Sequence record: MN988561.1
Strand: one strand, 5' to 3'
DNA length: 64,000 bases
Below, piece after piece: positions 27,556-37,321 of the stretch. How positions within the stretch are numbered: position 1 is the first letter of the stretch; every line of letters begins with the position of its first letter. The notes under the pieces were generated by a model. That model did no database searches. It saw nothing but the letters and a program-made list of their open reading frames with translations, and was not told where the DNA came from. Both the position numbers and the translations under genes were made by a program.

Positions 27556-28689
27556 ATGCAGAAGATTAGTTTTAATATTGATAAACTCCAGAGTATCATT
27601 GGTGCTGCGAAAGCTTCGGCAAACAGTGGTCAAAGACGTGAGTTCACAAATACTGCGTTCCTTCCAGATGGTACGCATAAAATGCGATTCTTCCTAGGTC
27701 CAGATAATGAACTGTTCCGTGATGTGAAGATGTATCAATTCAAGGGTAAGAAGACTCTGTCTCCTCAAGTCTTGAATCGTGAGAATGAGAAGAATCCTGA
27801 ATGGCCTAAGATTGTACAGGCTATGAAGCCTGAATGGAAAGAACAAGAGGTTACGAAGATTCCTCTTGAAGATACCATTGACAAGGCTGCTAAGGAAATT
27901 AATAACTGGAAGTCTGGTCTATCTCTGAAGGGTCGTACCATGGTTTATGCCAAGGTATATGCGACTAACAAGGAAGATCAGTACTGGAAGCCAGATAATG
28001 TGTATGCCGTCATTGGTAAGAAGAAGCTGAAGGATGCTATTCTTGCTATGCTTGAATCTCTTGCAGCAGATTCGCCTGACTACATTATCTCGATGCTTAA
28101 TCCTTCGCTATCTGGTGGTATGGTAACGGTTAACGTTACTGGTGGTACTCAAGGTGCAGTTACGATTACTCCGATCCCTGGATCAACCAAGGATCCGATC
28201 CTTACTCTCGACGAGGCTGGTAAGGGTCCAGAATGGTGGAGACCTCTTGATGAAGTCTTCATTGGTAAAGATTTTAATCTCAAGGCATGGGAAGAAGCTG
28301 AAGCAGAAGCTCAGAAGATTCTTGCTGAATGGCGTGAGAAGAAGGCTAATGGCACTGCTCCATCAGGTGATGGAGATGGTGACGGAGAAGGCAGCTCTGA
28401 TGATAAGGAGGGCGAGAGGTCTAGTACCTCTCAGTCCTCTCAATCTGAATCTCAGCAGTCATCTGAAGTAAAGGATTCTCCTAAAGAGGATCCTAAGCCT
28501 GAAGTGAAGACAGAGGTCAAGTCTGAACCTGACCTAGCTTCTAATCAGCGCAAGTGTCATACAGGTAGAGTAGTGACTCTACCTGATATCGCTATCCAGG
28601 ATAATTGCTGGAAGGGATATGACGCTGGTAATATCAAGTGCATCTCATGTCCTGTGAACATTGAGTGCATGTCTGAGCAGGCTTTTTAA
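27556..28689 (+). CDS. Probable ssDNA-binding protein (gp32-like) with acidic linker and Cys-rich tail
   Basis: LPDGTHKMRFFLGP N-terminal strand pattern, long D/E/S/G linker, location among replication genes. Confidence 0.6.
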   Translation: MQKISFNIDKLQSIIGAAKASANSGQRREFTNTAFLPDGTHKMRFFLGPDNELFRDVKMYQFKGKKTLSPQVLNRENEKNPEWPKIVQAMKPEWKEQEVTKIPLEDTIDKAAKEINNWKSGLSLKGRTMVYAKVYATNKEDQYWKPDNVYAVIGKKKLKDAILAMLESLAADSPDYIISMLNPSLSGGMVTVNVTGGTQGAVTITPIPGSTKDPILTLDEAGKGPEWWRPLDEVFIGKDFNLKAWEEAEAEAQKILAEWREKKANGTAPSGDGDGDGEGSSDDKEGERSSTSQSSQSESQQSSEVKDSPKEDPKPEVKTEVKSEPDLASNQRKCHTGRVVTLPDIAIQDNCWKGYDAGNIKCISCPVNIECMSEQAF

Positions 28690-28695
28690 GTCATA

Positions 28696-28733
28696 TGGGT
28701 GGGATTCAGAAATGGATTCCACCCAATTCTTTT
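28696..28733 (+). terminator. Rho-independent terminator
   Basis: TGGGTGGGATTC-AGAAAT-GGATTCCACCCA followed by ATTCTTTT. Confidence 0.75.
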
Positions 28734-28749
28734 GTCTTCAGGATTATAA

Positions 28750-29040
28750 ATGTACGAACATTATACTACCAGATTTAAACTGTTCGATGAGGTAGAAATC
28801 TCTGATAATTATCAATATGCAGGTGATTATAAAGGAGAGAAATTCCTCGTTACAGGTATCAAATATGATCGTCCTCTTGGTATGACATTTAATTCTCATA
28901 GAAATGGTTATAGGATTAGTGACTTGAATCTTAACATTCAACTTACTCAGATAAGTAGAGATACAGGTCGAATGTACGATGCTCCGACTGATGAGTGGAA
29001 AGAGGAAGATTTGACTCTAATTAAGAGGAACGTACCGTGA
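28750..29040 (+). CDS. Hypothetical protein
   Basis: 96 aa ORF. Confidence 0.65.
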   Translation: MYEHYTTRFKLFDEVEISDNYQYAGDYKGEKFLVTGIKYDRPLGMTFNSHRNGYRISDLNLNIQLTQISRDTGRMYDAPTDEWKEEDLTLIKRNVP

Positions 29041-29357
29041 AGTCTAGTAATCTATCTGCTGTCATAGAGCTCATGGATCTGAAAGAGAAGCTTAGACATC
29101 TAAGTGACTCAGAACATGGATTCATTAGAGTCGAGGTAGGTCAAGATAGTAGATGTAACTTCTTCAAAGATGGAAGTGCAAGTGTAGAAAGTGATTACGA
29201 TGACGACGATGATGATCGTGTGATCCTGTCTAAGTCTAATTCTAAGCACAAGAAGATATCTTTCGACATCTACACTCGCATTATACAGGTATTGCAGGAC
29301 TCTATCTCGGACTGCAACGTGGCTCTCAAACAACTAGGAGTTGAGATTGATGACTAA
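29037..29357 (+). CDS. Hypothetical protein
   Basis: GTG start, coupled. Confidence 0.6.
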   Translation: MKSSNLSAVIELMDLKEKLRHLSDSEHGFIRVEVGQDSRCNFFKDGSASVESDYDDDDDDRVILSKSNSKHKKISFDIYTRIIQVLQDSISDCNVALKQLGVEIDD

Positions 29358-30465
29358 TAATTCATTTGCAGATCGTCTTTCTAAGGTAACTACAGTACCT
29401 CCTCCAGCACCTGTAGGTAATCTACCTGTAGCTAAGCTAGCAGGGTTCTCAGGGATCAAGTCTAATACCAATTCTGATCTCGTTTACAAGAGTGTTGTTA
29501 CCAAGGATGACATCGAGAATCTTGGTAAGGATATTGGTCGATCTGTAGGTGAAACTACTGAGAAGATCGTTCAGAAGGTTGCTCTCAGTAACTTCGGTGA
29601 TCTAGGAGCTATCCTCGCTCAAGTTCAAGCTGAAGCTGATAAGCTGGATCCTAATGCACAATTCTCAGGTGTAGGTGGATGGATTAAGTCCAAATTCAAG
29701 GACATTAAATCCGTACTCATTCAACAGTTGAATAGCGCTAGTAAAGTATTTGATGATCTTGAAGTGAAGATCGCTGACAATATCGCTGTTCATCAAGAGT
29801 GGGTAAAGGATTTGGATCTCCTATACAAGGAGAATTACAATCACTTTAAAGCTATTAATGCACTCATCGTCAAGGCTACTGAGTGGAAGGCTATGATCGA
29901 AACTCAGATCAAGAATCTGCCTCCGATCGATCCTAATGATCCTGAAGCTATGATGAAGGGTGAGCTCATTCGAGAACTCGAATCTCTGAAGAACCGTGCG
30001 GCTATCAAGCTCGACAACTTCACGAGACTTCGTATTATCTCGGAGAGTAATGCTCCTAAGATCAAGAGTCAGTCTGAGACATCTGAAACGACTATCATGA
30101 CTCTTCGTGATCTCATGGAACAAGCCATTCCGATGATCAAGATGGAATTTGCACTCTATCTCCAATCAATGGCATCTAAGTCTTCGCAAGATCTGATCAA
30201 GAATGGTCGTAATCTTGCTAATCAGACGCTGAAGAGATCTGCTGATGCAGCACATGATGCAGCTATCACTTCAGCTACTTCTCTGAACGACTCTATCGTT
30301 CAGACAGATACTCTGGATCACATCCGTAAGAAGATGCTTGATACTGTGCAGAATGTTCGTAAGATCCAGAGTGATGCACAGGCTAAACGAGATGCAGATG
30401 CTAAGACTCTCAAGGAGAGTTCTGCAGCTTATCTCACTGAATTGCAGAAGAACAACGCTATCTAA
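29350..30465 (+). CDS. telA: Toxic anion resistance protein (TelA/KlaB family)
   Basis: All-helical coiled coil; IENLG, VALSNFGDLGAIL...DPNAQFSGVGGWIKSKF; sits in a Ter context. Confidence 0.75.
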   Translation: MTNNSFADRLSKVTTVPPPAPVGNLPVAKLAGFSGIKSNTNSDLVYKSVVTKDDIENLGKDIGRSVGETTEKIVQKVALSNFGDLGAILAQVQAEADKLDPNAQFSGVGGWIKSKFKDIKSVLIQQLNSASKVFDDLEVKIADNIAVHQEWVKDLDLLYKENYNHFKAINALIVKATEWKAMIETQIKNLPPIDPNDPEAMMKGELIRELESLKNRAAIKLDNFTRLRIISESNAPKIKSQSETSETTIMTLRDLMEQAIPMIKMEFALYLQSMASKSSQDLIKNGRNLANQTLKRSADAAHDAAITSATSLNDSIVQTDTLDHIRKKMLDTVQNVRKIQSDAQAKRDADAKTLKESSAAYLTELQKNNAI

Positions 30466-30483
30466 CGAGGATAAATCATAGAT

Positions 30484-31197
30484 ATGACTAACGCTATCAC
30501 ACTCGACCTCACCAAGAAGTTTGAACTCAATCTCGAGAAGGCTGGTATCACTCAGATTCCAGTTCTAGAGACTCGTCTTGCAGTAGATCGTTCAGGTTCT
30601 ATGCAGGAAGAATTCGATGCAGGATGGGTTGATAAGACGATCAATCTCTTCATCGTAGCAGCTATGAAGTTCGATGACAACCAGTCTCTGGAAGTCGGAT
30701 TCTTCAATACTGAATTCACTCAGACTCCTGAAGCTCAGGCTGGTGATGTAGGTACGTATCTTAAGAGCAAGGCTCGTAATATTCGTCCGACGTCTGGTAC
30801 ATACTATGCTCCAATCATCGAGAATCTCGAGTCTAAGATGTCAGCCTCTGCTCCTATTCAGGAGAAGAAGTCTGGATTCTTCGGATTCTTCAAAGGAGAC
30901 TCTTCTGCTCCAGCATCTAAGGAACGAGTAGCTAAGAACAAGGCATACGTTGGTGTTATCACTGACGGTGATCCTGGTGATAAGCGTAGCTTTGAGTCTG
31001 CTCTCGCTAATACTTCTGGCGATACGTTCTACCAGTTCATCGCTATCGGTAATCAGATCGATGCCAACTATCTGAAGGGACTGTCGAATCAGTACAAACA
31101 TGTCTCCTTCATTCATCTGAAGGATCCTTACAAGGTGACTGACGACTCCTTCTACGAGAACCTCTGCAATGAGAAATTCGTAGCCTGGACGAAGTAA
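30484..31197 (+). CDS. vWA-domain protein (Ter-associated)
   Basis: MIDAS DRSGSM, VITDGDP, FYQFIAIG. Confidence 0.85.
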   Translation: MTNAITLDLTKKFELNLEKAGITQIPVLETRLAVDRSGSMQEEFDAGWVDKTINLFIVAAMKFDDNQSLEVGFFNTEFTQTPEAQAGDVGTYLKSKARNIRPTSGTYYAPIIENLESKMSASAPIQEKKSGFFGFFKGDSSAPASKERVAKNKAYVGVITDGDPGDKRSFESALANTSGDTFYQFIAIGNQIDANYLKGLSNQYKHVSFIHLKDPYKVTDDSFYENLCNEKFVAWTK

Positions 31198-31203
31198 TAC
31201 TTT

Positions 31204-31239
31204 AAGTAGTAGCTTCGTACCAGCGGAGCTACTACTTTT
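31204..31239 (+). terminator. Rho-independent terminator
   Basis: AAGTAGTAGCTTCG-TACCAG-CGGAGCTACTACTT followed by TT. Confidence 0.75.
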
Positions 31240-31267
31240 CATTAATCTGGTAATCCTAGAGGGTTAA

Positions 31268-32305
31268 ATGTTTAAATATTTCGGTGGATCGTTCATTTTC
31301 GCAGCTGCAGCATTGATTGGACTGTATTTCTTCACAGGCAATCCTGCTGCTCTAGTGACAGCAGTTGTCCTCTCAATTGTAGAGGTAGCTGTTAGCTTCG
31401 ACAATGCTATCGTAAATGCATCAATCATGAAGACGATGTCTCCTTTCTGGAAGAAGATGTTCGTTACAGTCGGTATGTTGTTTGCAGTAGGATTCATGAG
31501 ACTATACTTCCCGATTCAGATCGTATCAGCGATTGGAGGTATCTCACTCCACGAAGCTGGTCATCTAGCTCTTGCTGAGCCTGATCGATTCTCTCACATT
31601 CTTATCGAATCTCATCACATCGTAGCTGGATTTGGTGGTGCATTCCTTATGCTCGTAGCATTGAAGTACTTTATCAATGCTGAGAAGGATGTCCACTGGG
31701 TACATGCTATTGAAGCACCTCTAGCATCTCTCGGTAAGCTTGATGAAGTCCAAGTTCTGATCGTAGCAGTTGTATCGTATATCCTTTCTCGCTATCTCGG
31801 AGATCATGGTACAGAGTTCTTCTATGCTGCTTTGATCGGTATCGGTACACATATTGTAGTTGATCTGATCAAAGAAACTCTGAGTCATATCGATACGTTT
31901 CTTGCTAAGGGAGCAGATGTAGCAGTCAAGGGAGGTCTTGGTGCATTCATCTATCTTGAAGTACTTGATGCATCCTTCTCGTTCGATGGAGTCATCGCTG
32001 CATTCGCTATCACCAATCAGATTGCAGTCGTAGCTGCAGGTCTTGGTATCGGTGCTATGTTCGTACGTAGTCTGACACTCATGCTTGACGATAAGGATAC
32101 TCTCACGACTTTCCGATATCTTGAGAGTGGTGCATTCTGGGCTATCGGTGGACTTGCTGCATTCATGTACATCAGCACACTTGTACATGTCTCAGAGTGG
32201 ATTATCGCAGGATTCTCTGCTGTAGTCATTCTCGTATCGTTCCTACATTCGATTAAGGCTAACAAGGATGAAGAACTCCTACAGCCTGTCCTCGAAATTC
32301 ATTAA
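31268..32305 (+). CDS. TerC-like integral membrane protein (DUF475)
   Basis: LSIVEVAVSFDNAIVNA, YLEVLDASFSFDGVIAAFAIT, YLESGAFWAIG. Confidence 0.9.
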   Translation: MFKYFGGSFIFAAAALIGLYFFTGNPAALVTAVVLSIVEVAVSFDNAIVNASIMKTMSPFWKKMFVTVGMLFAVGFMRLYFPIQIVSAIGGISLHEAGHLALAEPDRFSHILIESHHIVAGFGGAFLMLVALKYFINAEKDVHWVHAIEAPLASLGKLDEVQVLIVAVVSYILSRYLGDHGTEFFYAALIGIGTHIVVDLIKETLSHIDTFLAKGADVAVKGGLGAFIYLEVLDASFSFDGVIAAFAITNQIAVVAAGLGIGAMFVRSLTLMLDDKDTLTTFRYLESGAFWAIGGLAAFMYISTLVHVSEWIIAGFSAVVILVSFLHSIKANKDEELLQPVLEIH

Positions 32306-32334
32306 CATTAACTCCTAGATAAGGATTTGGAGAA

Positions 32335-32919
32335 ATGATCGTGCTCGACCTCAATAAAGACGCAGGTATCGTACTGGATCTCAGCAAGGAAGATCCGACC
32401 CTTGAGACTCTCAAGATCAAGCTGGACTGGAATCCTCATCCAGTTCACGGCGCTAGCCTGACAGATGGCTTCGACTTGGATATCTTCGCATATGTTCTCA
32501 ATGAACAAGGCAAGATCACTAGTGGTTCTGATGTTGTATTCTTCAATAATAAGAATTTCGCTAATGGTGCTATTGTTCTTCCTAAGGACAACCGTACTGG
32601 TGAAGGTGACGACGATGAAGAATTGCTCATCACCACGTCTAAGATTCCTGCAGACAAGAAGTCTGTAGCTATCTATGTGACCATTCACAAGGCTACAGAA
32701 CGTGGTCATCACTTCGGTATGGTATCTGGAGCATCTCTCCAGTTCATCAATGCTGACTCTGGTAAGATTATTGCCAAGTATGACCTGACTGCCAACTACT
32801 CTGGTAATACTGCATTCTTTGGTGGTATCCTTTCTGTCGAGAATGGTAAGGGTAAGTTCCAATCGAATGGTGAAGCAGCAGACGCAGATCCTAACCAGAT
32901 CGCTCAGCTGTACGTTTAA
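32335..32919 (+). CDS. terD: TerD-family protein
   Basis: LDWNP, FDLDIFA, VVFFNN, DNRTGEGDDDEE, VTIH, HFGMV. Confidence 0.9.
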   Translation: MIVLDLNKDAGIVLDLSKEDPTLETLKIKLDWNPHPVHGASLTDGFDLDIFAYVLNEQGKITSGSDVVFFNNKNFANGAIVLPKDNRTGEGDDDEELLITTSKIPADKKSVAIYVTIHKATERGHHFGMVSGASLQFINADSGKIIAKYDLTANYSGNTAFFGGILSVENGKGKFQSNGEAADADPNQIAQLYV

Positions 32920-32926
32920 CATTATC

Positions 32927-32964
32927 GGGCTGGTATCTCATTCGAGGTACTGGCCCTTCTTTTT
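32927..32964 (+). terminator. Rho-independent terminator
   Basis: GGGCTGGTATCTC-ATTC-GAGGTACTGGCCC followed by TTCTTTTT. Confidence 0.85.
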
Positions 32965-32975
32965 GGAGAAATTTC

Positions 32976-33608
32976 ATGGATATTGCATTATTTGGTCTAA
33001 TTGACTATACACTCTTCAGCTGGGTACTTTTCGCAGTGCTCATCGGATTTGTAGGTATCATTGAAGAGAATGAACTACCTATTCCAGCATTCATTGTATT
33101 TATTGTAGGTCTTACCGCACTTCAGTACTATACAGATCTGAAAGCTTGGACATATGTCTACGAGAATCCTTGGTACTTCCTCTTGTATGTAGTTATCTAC
33201 ATCATAGCTGGTATCGTATGGTCTCATGCTAAATGGGTACTTTATCTTCAAGAGATCAAGCGTTATCATCCTACGAGCATCAAAGAAGCAGAGGCTCACG
33301 CACTCGTAGTTGAAAAACGTAATGAAGAGTATCGTAGTACTCATCCTGAGTACAAATGTCAGTCTGTTGATGTTAATAAAGAAGCGATCGAATATACTAC
33401 TAAGAGATTCCGATTGAAGTCTCTTCCTCCGAAGGCTTCTGAGAAGAAGGTAGCTATCACATCATGGTTGATGTATTGGCCTATCTCTGCACTATGGACA
33501 GTTGTTGATAATTTCGTACTTAATCTATTCAACAATTTGTTCGAACTGATTCGTGCTAGCTATCAGCAGGTATCGGATCGTATATTCGCTGATTTTACGA
33601 CCAAGTGA
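32976..33608 (+). CDS. Membrane protein
   Basis: Three to four hydrophobic segments. Confidence 0.75.
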   Translation: MDIALFGLIDYTLFSWVLFAVLIGFVGIIEENELPIPAFIVFIVGLTALQYYTDLKAWTYVYENPWYFLLYVVIYIIAGIVWSHAKWVLYLQEIKRYHPTSIKEAEAHALVVEKRNEEYRSTHPEYKCQSVDVNKEAIEYTTKRFRLKSLPPKASEKKVAITSWLMYWPISALWTVVDNFVLNLFNNLFELIRASYQQVSDRIFADFTTK

Positions 33609-33626
33609 GGCTCGATTAGCCTTCCT
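33600..33626 (+). promoter_or_regulatory. Putative phage promoter, class 1
   Basis: ACCAA-N13-AGCCTTCCT. Confidence 0.65.
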
Positions 33627-33655
33627 CTTTATCGAGAGAACGAAGTGAGATATTT

Positions 33656-34561
33656 ATGACTGTTCTAATATTTGATGGATCACATCTGCTACAACGGATG
33701 AAGTTCGTAGCTGTTAAAGAGAATCGTATATCCTCAAAGTATATGTCATGGCTCTTATTCCGTTCTCTCATTAAGAAGTGTGTTGAGAATCAGCCTTCTC
33801 GTATTTATGTACTATGGGATGAAGGAGCTTGTACATATAGGCATAAGATTGTTGAAGGCTATAAAGAAAGTCGAATCAACAATAATCCTTCAGAGAAGGA
33901 CGTTCTTGCATTTAGAGAATTTCTAGATTCACGTAGATATCTCCATGAGATCCTACCTACAATTGGTGTAGTATCTATCAAAGTACCTGGAGTAGAAGCA
34001 GACGATTGGGGACATTATCTCTCTAATAAGTTTGATACTGGTGTTCTCGTAAGTGAGGATAAGGACTGGCTTCTTAATCTCCGCCCAGGATGGAAGTTGA
34101 TTCGTCCCATTATCAAAGAAGAGTATACATGGGAATCGTTCGACGAAATGATGAACGAACGCTACTATAAGAATCCCACTGAGTACACTCATTATGATCC
34201 TCTCAAGAAGTATCTGATCATGAAGGCAGTTTATGGAGACAAGGACGAGGTTCCTCGTATCACAACTCCTGCTCCTGCTAAGAAGATTATTGATTACTTG
34301 ACAGGTCAAATCAAGTCGTTGGATCCTAAGGAGAAGAGCACTCTAGACAATAGTCGTAAAGAGCTAGCTCGTAATCTTAGACTAGCGGCTACTGACTGGC
34401 TGACAGTTCATCCTGAACTTATTGATAGTGAAGGAATCCATCAGTCAGAACTAAATAGGGTAACGTACAAGAGTAAAGAGAATTTCTTAAAAGTCGCATC
34501 TGAGTTAAATCTCTTTCAATACATTAATAAATGGCATAAAATATCGGAGAGACTAAGTTGA
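33656..34561 (+). CDS. 5'-3' exonuclease / flap endonuclease (T4 RNase H-like)
   Basis: LIFDGS, WDEG, YKESR, GVEADD, SEDKDW, GDKDEVP. Confidence 0.9.
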   Translation: MTVLIFDGSHLLQRMKFVAVKENRISSKYMSWLLFRSLIKKCVENQPSRIYVLWDEGACTYRHKIVEGYKESRINNNPSEKDVLAFREFLDSRRYLHEILPTIGVVSIKVPGVEADDWGHYLSNKFDTGVLVSEDKDWLLNLRPGWKLIRPIIKEEYTWESFDEMMNERYYKNPTEYTHYDPLKKYLIMKAVYGDKDEVPRITTPAPAKKIIDYLTGQIKSLDPKEKSTLDNSRKELARNLRLAATDWLTVHPELIDSEGIHQSELNRVTYKSKENFLKVASELNLFQYINKWHKISERLS

Positions 34562-34746
34562 CAGTTAAGTCTATCAATGAAGTCATAAACAACCTGACGA
34601 ATCTTGTAGAACAAGGTGGTATTCAGGCTATCAAGAATGCATCTGATGAAGATCTATACGCACTGTTCAGATCTTATATTATGATGAATGATCTTCTCAA
34701 AATTAGACAGTCACGCATTGCTAACTTAGAGCGTGGCATCAAATAA
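34558..34746 (+). CDS. Hypothetical protein
   Basis: TTG start, coupled. Confidence 0.55.
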   Translation: MTVKSINEVINNLTNLVEQGGIQAIKNASDEDLYALFRSYIMMNDLLKIRQSRIANLERGIK

Positions 34747-34760
34747 TCTTAGGGTATATT

Positions 34761-35630
34761 ATGAACTTAGAATCTATGAAGGCTGCTCTCGAAGAATCAG
34801 GTAAATACATGATTCTCGATGTCTACAAGTATCAAGACAAATATAATGAAAATATAGATAATAGACCCTTGCGACTGGTCTCTGTTATCGATACTGAAAC
34901 GACTGGTCTAGATTCTAAGAAAGATTCTATTATAAATCTCGGAATAGTGAACATCGAAGTTGATGACGATGGTAATATCTATCGAGTAGTGGAAGGATAT
35001 AATGGATTTGAGCAACCTCGCTATCCTATCCCTCCACACATTACAGATATCACAGGAATCACCGATGATCTAGTCAAAGGTCATAAATTTGATTATGACA
35101 AAGTGAATAAAATGTTGGATGCATCGGATCTTGTCATTGCTCACAATGCTGGATTCGATCGTCCATTCGTAGATGATAAGTTTACATCATCTAAAGAAAA
35201 GATATGGGCATGTTCGTTAGAAGATGTTCCATGGAAAGCTTATAATTTTGGTAGTAAGCGATTAATTGATATTGCAATCCACTTTGGATTCTACTATAAT
35301 GCCCATCGTGCAATCAGTGACGTAATGGCTCTTGTTCATATCTTGAGCAAGAAGCTAGACGGTACCACGATGATGAGCCATATGCTCGATTCTATAAGTA
35401 AATCGTACGTGATGATCTATGCATTAGAAGCTCCGTTCGAAACAAAGGATCTGTTGAAGGCTAAGAGATATAAATGGGATTTTGTCAGAAAGTCCTGGTA
35501 CAAGATTGTACCTACATCGGTATCTATGTTTGAGAAAGAATTTCTTGAAAGAGAGATCTACGATGGATCTCCGAGATATCAAATCACACCATTACCACGA
35601 AATACGGTATATAGTACTCTGGTCAAATAA
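34761..35630 (+). CDS. DnaQ-like DEDDh 3'-5' exonuclease
   Basis: IDTETTG, AHNAGFDR, HRAISD. Confidence 0.92.
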   Translation: MNLESMKAALEESGKYMILDVYKYQDKYNENIDNRPLRLVSVIDTETTGLDSKKDSIINLGIVNIEVDDDGNIYRVVEGYNGFEQPRYPIPPHITDITGITDDLVKGHKFDYDKVNKMLDASDLVIAHNAGFDRPFVDDKFTSSKEKIWACSLEDVPWKAYNFGSKRLIDIAIHFGFYYNAHRAISDVMALVHILSKKLDGTTMMSHMLDSISKSYVMIYALEAPFETKDLLKAKRYKWDFVRKSWYKIVPTSVSMFEKEFLEREIYDGSPRYQITPLPRNTVYSTLVK

Positions 35631-36097
35631 TGAAGAAGAATGTATTAGTAGGATTAGATCATAGGATCCTTACAGGTCTAGATAGTCTTGTCCTACTCTT
35701 ATGCACCAGACTACAAATCAAGAAAATCCATCTTCAGAGACTCCTGGTTTGTATTTATTGTGTCTTATTGCATAAAATTGGATTTTCTGTTATAGGCATC
35801 CTTGTTCTACAAGGTTTACAAGAATTGTCCCTGTTAAATATGGGGACGAAATCATACAACAATTACATCGAGGGAACTCGATTTGAGCCATTCAATATTT
35901 ATGTCAGGNNNNNNNNNNNNNNNNNNTCCTTCCTATTCTGTATATATTATACTGCATATTCATTCGCTCTTCATGAGATCACTACAATTAATGTACTTCA
36001 GAAGATTATTCTGGAAGTGTACGTGTATAGTGTATTCTGTCGAGACTACAACGGTACGACGCAAGTAGAGTACTGGGACGAGACGAAGTTCGCCTGA
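35630..36097 (+). CDS. Hypothetical protein spanning an N-gap
   Basis: TAATG coupling; frame continuity across the gap at 35909-35927 cannot be verified. Confidence 0.35.
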   Translation: MKKNVLVGLDHRILTGLDSLVLLLCTRLQIKKIHLQRLLVCIYCVLLHKIGFSVIGILVLQGLQELSLLNMGTKSYNNYIEGTRFEPFNIYVRXXXXXXSFLFCIYYTAYSFALHEITTINVLQKIILEVYVYSVFCRDYNGTTQVEYWDETKFA

Positions 36098-36109
36098 ATA
36101 AGCCTTCTC
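36083..36109 (+). promoter_or_regulatory. Putative phage promoter, class 1
   Basis: ACGAA-N13-AGCCTTCTC. Confidence 0.7.
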
Positions 36110-36174
36110 TTCTTAGAGAATCAAGAATTTTCTACTTAGATATAAATTTAATTTAACATAACATTAGGTATAAA

Positions 36175-36630
36175 ATGCCTCTACTATTCAGAGAAAATAT
36201 CTGGAGAGTCGATCTTCAACTTAATCGCAATATTCTATTCCTCTTTGGTGACAATGAGGCTAGATATGGCTTAGGTGGTCAAGCTAGAGAGTGCAGAGGA
36301 GAGCCTAACGCTGTAGGCGTCAGAACTAAGAAGAAACCTTCTCGAGATAATGACGCTTACTGGTCTGATAATAAGTACGATAAATATGTTGAAATGATTG
36401 ATGAAGATTTTAAACGTGCATTCGATCATATCTTAGCAGGAGGTACAGTGGTCTGTCCTATGGCTAAGTTAGGATCTGGTATGTCTGAGCTCCCTACAAG
36501 AGCACCTAAACTTTATCGATATATTGAATATAAAATTAGCGAACTCGGTCGTCTGGGCAACATGATCCGAGAAGTCGATACTGAGATTAGTGATAGATAC
36601 CTTGCTCAGAAGGGTATCTTGAAAACATAA
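36175..36630 (+). CDS. Conserved phage protein, possibly macrodomain-like
   Basis: LFLFGDNEARYGLGGQA...NAVGVRTK...LGSG; Gly-rich loop reminiscent of macro folds. Confidence 0.5.
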   Translation: MPLLFRENIWRVDLQLNRNILFLFGDNEARYGLGGQARECRGEPNAVGVRTKKKPSRDNDAYWSDNKYDKYVEMIDEDFKRAFDHILAGGTVVCPMAKLGSGMSELPTRAPKLYRYIEYKISELGRLGNMIREVDTEISDRYLAQKGILKT

Positions 36631-36639
36631 GAGTTCAAA

Positions 36640-36903
36640 ATGAACAAACTAGGTATTTCATGTTATGAAGTGCTATGGATTGTTATCCAATTATCTCTCA
36701 TTACCATTAGTATATTAGGTAATGTAAATTGGGATTGGTTTACAGTTCTAACTCCAGTTTGGACACATCTTTTCTTAACAATGATGACATTCCTATACGT
36801 TAGTCGTTATCGTAATTCGTCATTCAGTTACAGAAAAGATAGATCCTACTTGATGAACAAGTTCTTCAGCATATCTATCAAACTGTTATCCACAGAGAGA
36901 TAA
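36640..36903 (+). CDS. Membrane protein
   Basis: Two hydrophobic helices; WDWFTVLTPVW. Confidence 0.65.
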   Translation: MNKLGISCYEVLWIVIQLSLITISILGNVNWDWFTVLTPVWTHLFLTMMTFLYVSRYRNSSFSYRKDRSYLMNKFFSISIKLLSTER

Positions 36904-37047
36904 ATGAATCTGCAAGTTAAAGAGTGCCAGTCTTCTTTGACGATTCGGAGAGCTATACAGACGTTGGTCAGGAGATATGAAAATGCTCAGACTTACGTAA
37001 TGAAGAAATCTGACGACAAAGTAGGCAAAGAATTAGTAGTCCAATAA
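36904..37047 (+). CDS. Small hypothetical protein (47 aa), not in ORF track
   Basis: ATG immediately after the upstream TAA; fills the gap. Confidence 0.45.
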   Translation: MNLQVKECQSSLTIRRAIQTLVRRYENAQTYVMKKSDDKVGKELVVQ

Positions 37048-37063
37048 CGGGGTATCGTATAAG

Positions 37064-37309
37064 ATGGCGCATGGGGATGCAGTTGTTCAACTCAAGCCTT
37101 TGTCTACTACAGAATCTTTGTCTAGTATCTTGAATCTTTTGGACGCATCTAGTCGTGTAGAAGATATCAGTAATATGACCGTAGAAGTTTTAGATAAGTG
37201 GGCTAATAATTTAGCTGGCTTCGTAGGTCTGAAAGTGACAAGTGTCACTGAAGACGCAATTGAATTTATTCCAAGTCCTGGACATAGAATTATTTTAGAC
37301 GTCGCATAA
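37064..37309 (+). CDS. Hypothetical protein
   Basis: 81 aa ORF. Confidence 0.6.
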   Translation: MAHGDAVVQLKPLSTTESLSSILNLLDASSRVEDISNMTVEVLDKWANNLAGFVGLKVTSVTEDAIEFIPSPGHRIILDVA

Positions 37310-37321
37310 TCAGGAAATATT

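Noticed and set aside
33792-33800. AGCCTTCTC inside the 5'-3' exonuclease gene
   Set aside because: Intragenic and lacks the RCGAA block at -13 (AGAAG instead); treated as a chance match.
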